NCBI GenBank assembly: GCA_013265495.1
Contig: MU062724.1
Span: 6,112,023 to 6,176,022, forward strand
Length of the DNA: 64,000 bases
Source of the DNA: Vicugna vicugna
Taxonomy: Eukaryota
Direction of reading: 5' to 3'
This document shows, piece by piece, positions 61,876 through 64,000 of this stretch. Position 1 is the stretch's first letter, and each line of letters begins with the position of its first letter. The notes under the pieces are model-generated. The model worked only from the letters and a program-made list of their open reading frames with translations. It was not told where the DNA came from and did no database searches. The translations under genes and the position numbers were made by a program.

Positions 61876-61896
61876 CATATTCGCTTCAGCTATCAT
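61876..61896 (-). CDS. Weak candidate - strand first coding segment MIAEANM ending at a strong donor (phase 0)
   Basis: ggcaATGATAGCTGAAGCGAATATG|gtaagt. Phase 0 fits the 52607-52661 candidate. Confidence 0.18.
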
Positions 61897-63680
61897 TGCC
61901 CAAGGGGAAGGGATAGATCACAGAAATAAGTGAGGCTATGTCATTCTCATGCTCAAATAGTATCTAAAGCAGTCGTCTGAAGCTCATTGTTTTAGAGTTT
62001 AATATTATATGGTGACAAATTATTAGATACTTTTATAGCTTATCTTTACTTAGCCTTTTTCAGTGTAGTTGAATCTCTTGAAATACAGTTTTATGTAGTA
62101 CACACGTATTGGACTTTTCAGTTATACTTTTTTATCCTGAATTCTTTATTTGGTCTCAGTTAAAACGCAGTTTAGGTAACTTCACTTTTAGCAACTTCCG
62201 GTGGACTATCTTCAGATCTTTTATTTAATGACACCATTGTTGGCTAAAGATGAATATTTGCACAATCTAATCCTGGAATATCTTCAGTGCAGTGTGACTG
62301 TGTCTATATTGACAACATCAAATATTTTCTAGCTAATCATAAGGTTATGGTGGGAGAAGGCAGCTTATCTTTTTGGAGGTGTGTTAATGTGTTTCACAAT
62401 CCAAATGAAAGGTACCTGTGTTTAAATGAAACTTTGGCTTATTTTCCCCCAACATGTGCTTTCCTGAGAATATTTTGACCCCATGATTATTATGTAATGC
62501 TATCATCTATGCCAGATATTGTTGAATGCAGGAGAGTGTAGATATTCTTATTATTCCAGAGTGAGCTATGAATTGTACTCAGCAAGTGAGCTGTGCCTTT
62601 ATACACAGACAACAATTAGTCTGAACCATATACAATTGTGACTTTTGTAGGTTGAAAGTTGTGAGTCAGCAATTTCATATGCATCAATGAAATTACTTTT
62701 TACCTGCTTCTAAGAAAGTTAACCATCTTCTGCTAAAGATCTTCAAAATACCAAACATACTGTGAATAATCTCTGTTGAGAGATCACTTTAAAGCAGCTG
62801 GAAGTATACCACATGTTATGTAAAAATTTTCCTTTTGTAAACACAATGATAAAGCTGAGTCTAGACACAGAAATTTCATTATTTGCTTTACCTCCATCTA
62901 ACATATGATGACCTTGGCCACATTGACTCAAGGGGGCTTTATGACTTCAAATGACAAGGGAGACCTAAAGTATTACTATTTTTAAAGACACATAAAACAA
63001 AGCATCAAAATACTGGGATTTTAAGAATAAATATTACAGTTACATGAAAATATTGGTATTTTCTGTGTTCTGGGAAATCATACCATTTCAGATCTCATTT
63101 TGAAGAGAAACTAAGAAGAGCTGGATAATTTCCAGTTTTCCCGTTTTTTTTCTCCTCACTATTTTCCACTACTGTTCCCCACACGATGGATAGAGGGTAT
63201 CACTCTCAGGTAAATGGAAAACCCAAGAAAAACAGGATAGTGAGCATCTTACTTTCTGTTGTAAAAAAACAATTAGTAATTTTAATTTAAAATGTATTTT
63301 GTTGAGCAGTTGACCCAGATCTGTTAAAGACATTGACCTGTAAATAAGGCCTACTAAGGGTGATTGCTTAACACAAAACAAAGTAAAACTACCTTATTAG
63401 ATATTTTTAAAAGGAAAAACACTATTATGTATATTCAGGTTTTGAACTCACTAGGCAACCTTTTGTCCTGTCCCCTCTCTTGCAAGCATAAAAATTGAAA
63501 AAACAAAGTTGAAGGCTGTGTGGACTATTTCCTCTACATCAAAAACATGAAGCATCAAAGGGCAGGATCTAACACAGTGAGCCACGGGTTCATATTTTCA
63601 CAGAAGTCTTTTCCTCTAATGACTCATTGGAAAAAATGATTACAAGTTTAGGAAATTGATTTAAATTTAATTTGACCACA

Positions 63681-63836
63681 NNNNNNNNNNNNNNNNNNNN
63701 NNNNNNNNNNNNNNNNNNNNNNNNNNNNNNNNNNNNNNNNNNNNNNNNNNNNNNNNNNNNNNNNNNNNNNNNNNNNNNNNNNNNNNNNNNNNNNNNNNNN
63801 NNNNNNNNNNNNNNNNNNNNNNNNNNNNNNNNNNNN
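63681..63836. other. Assembly gap (156 N)
   Basis: Run of N. Confidence 1.
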
Positions 63837-64000
63837 CTTTTAATTGGGAATTTGAGCTGAAATTTAATAATAAAAAGCTGAGCTGATTGGAGTTATTGTT
63901 GAAAGATCTCTCCAATTTAACTATTAATTAAATAAGATAATATACTTTTAAAGTGTTCCTTAAATGGTTGTGAGCCTTAGTAAGTTTTATGTGATCTATC

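Noticed and set aside
63667-63915. ORFs spanning poly-X
   Set aside because: Artefacts of the N gap.
1-64000. ORF-track entries as stand-alone genes
   Set aside because: All are 130 aa or shorter, many start at GTG/TTG/CTG, none resembles a protein family I recognise apart from the L1 ORF2 remnant, and many lie in L2, LTR or microsatellite sequence.
1-64000. CRISPR arrays, operons, prophage or defence systems, rRNA genes
   Set aside because: The DNA is mammalian. No repeat-spacer arrays, long ORFs or rRNA-like sequence were seen.

Overview
This is AT-rich mammalian genomic DNA, probably camelid (alpaca/camel). The basis is one tRNA-derived SINE resembling the camelid Vic-1 type, a cetartiodactyl-type L1 3' end, and no Alu, B1, Bov-tA or PRE-1 elements that I could recognise. 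No prokaryotic features, CRISPR arrays, rRNA or tRNA genes are present, and I could not name any protein-coding gene. Most of the window is intronic or intergenic sequence with old repeats (L2, MIR, L1M, MER5A/MER20/MER3, MLT1), three same-family ERV1-type solo LTRs with 4-bp TSDs, microsatellites and two assembly gaps. The non-repeat signals are: (i) a compact CpG-retaining + strand promoter near 6.0-6.2 kb (two NRF1-like sites, an ARE/AP-1 site, a TATA box and an exon-1 donor); (ii) a region at 13.76-14.18 kb with two tandem phase-0 ATG-to-donor segments on the - strand, overlapped by a + strand acceptor and Kozak ATG; (iii) small phase-compatible candidate exons on both strands; (iv) four NF-E2/NRF2/BACH-type ARE motifs; (v) a 227-nt polyadenylated insert with a 16-bp TSD that looks like an orphan L1 transduction or retrocopy. 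All exon models are ab initio and unverified. Repeat subfamily names come from recalled consensus sequences, and repeat boundaries are approximate unless TSDs are quoted.
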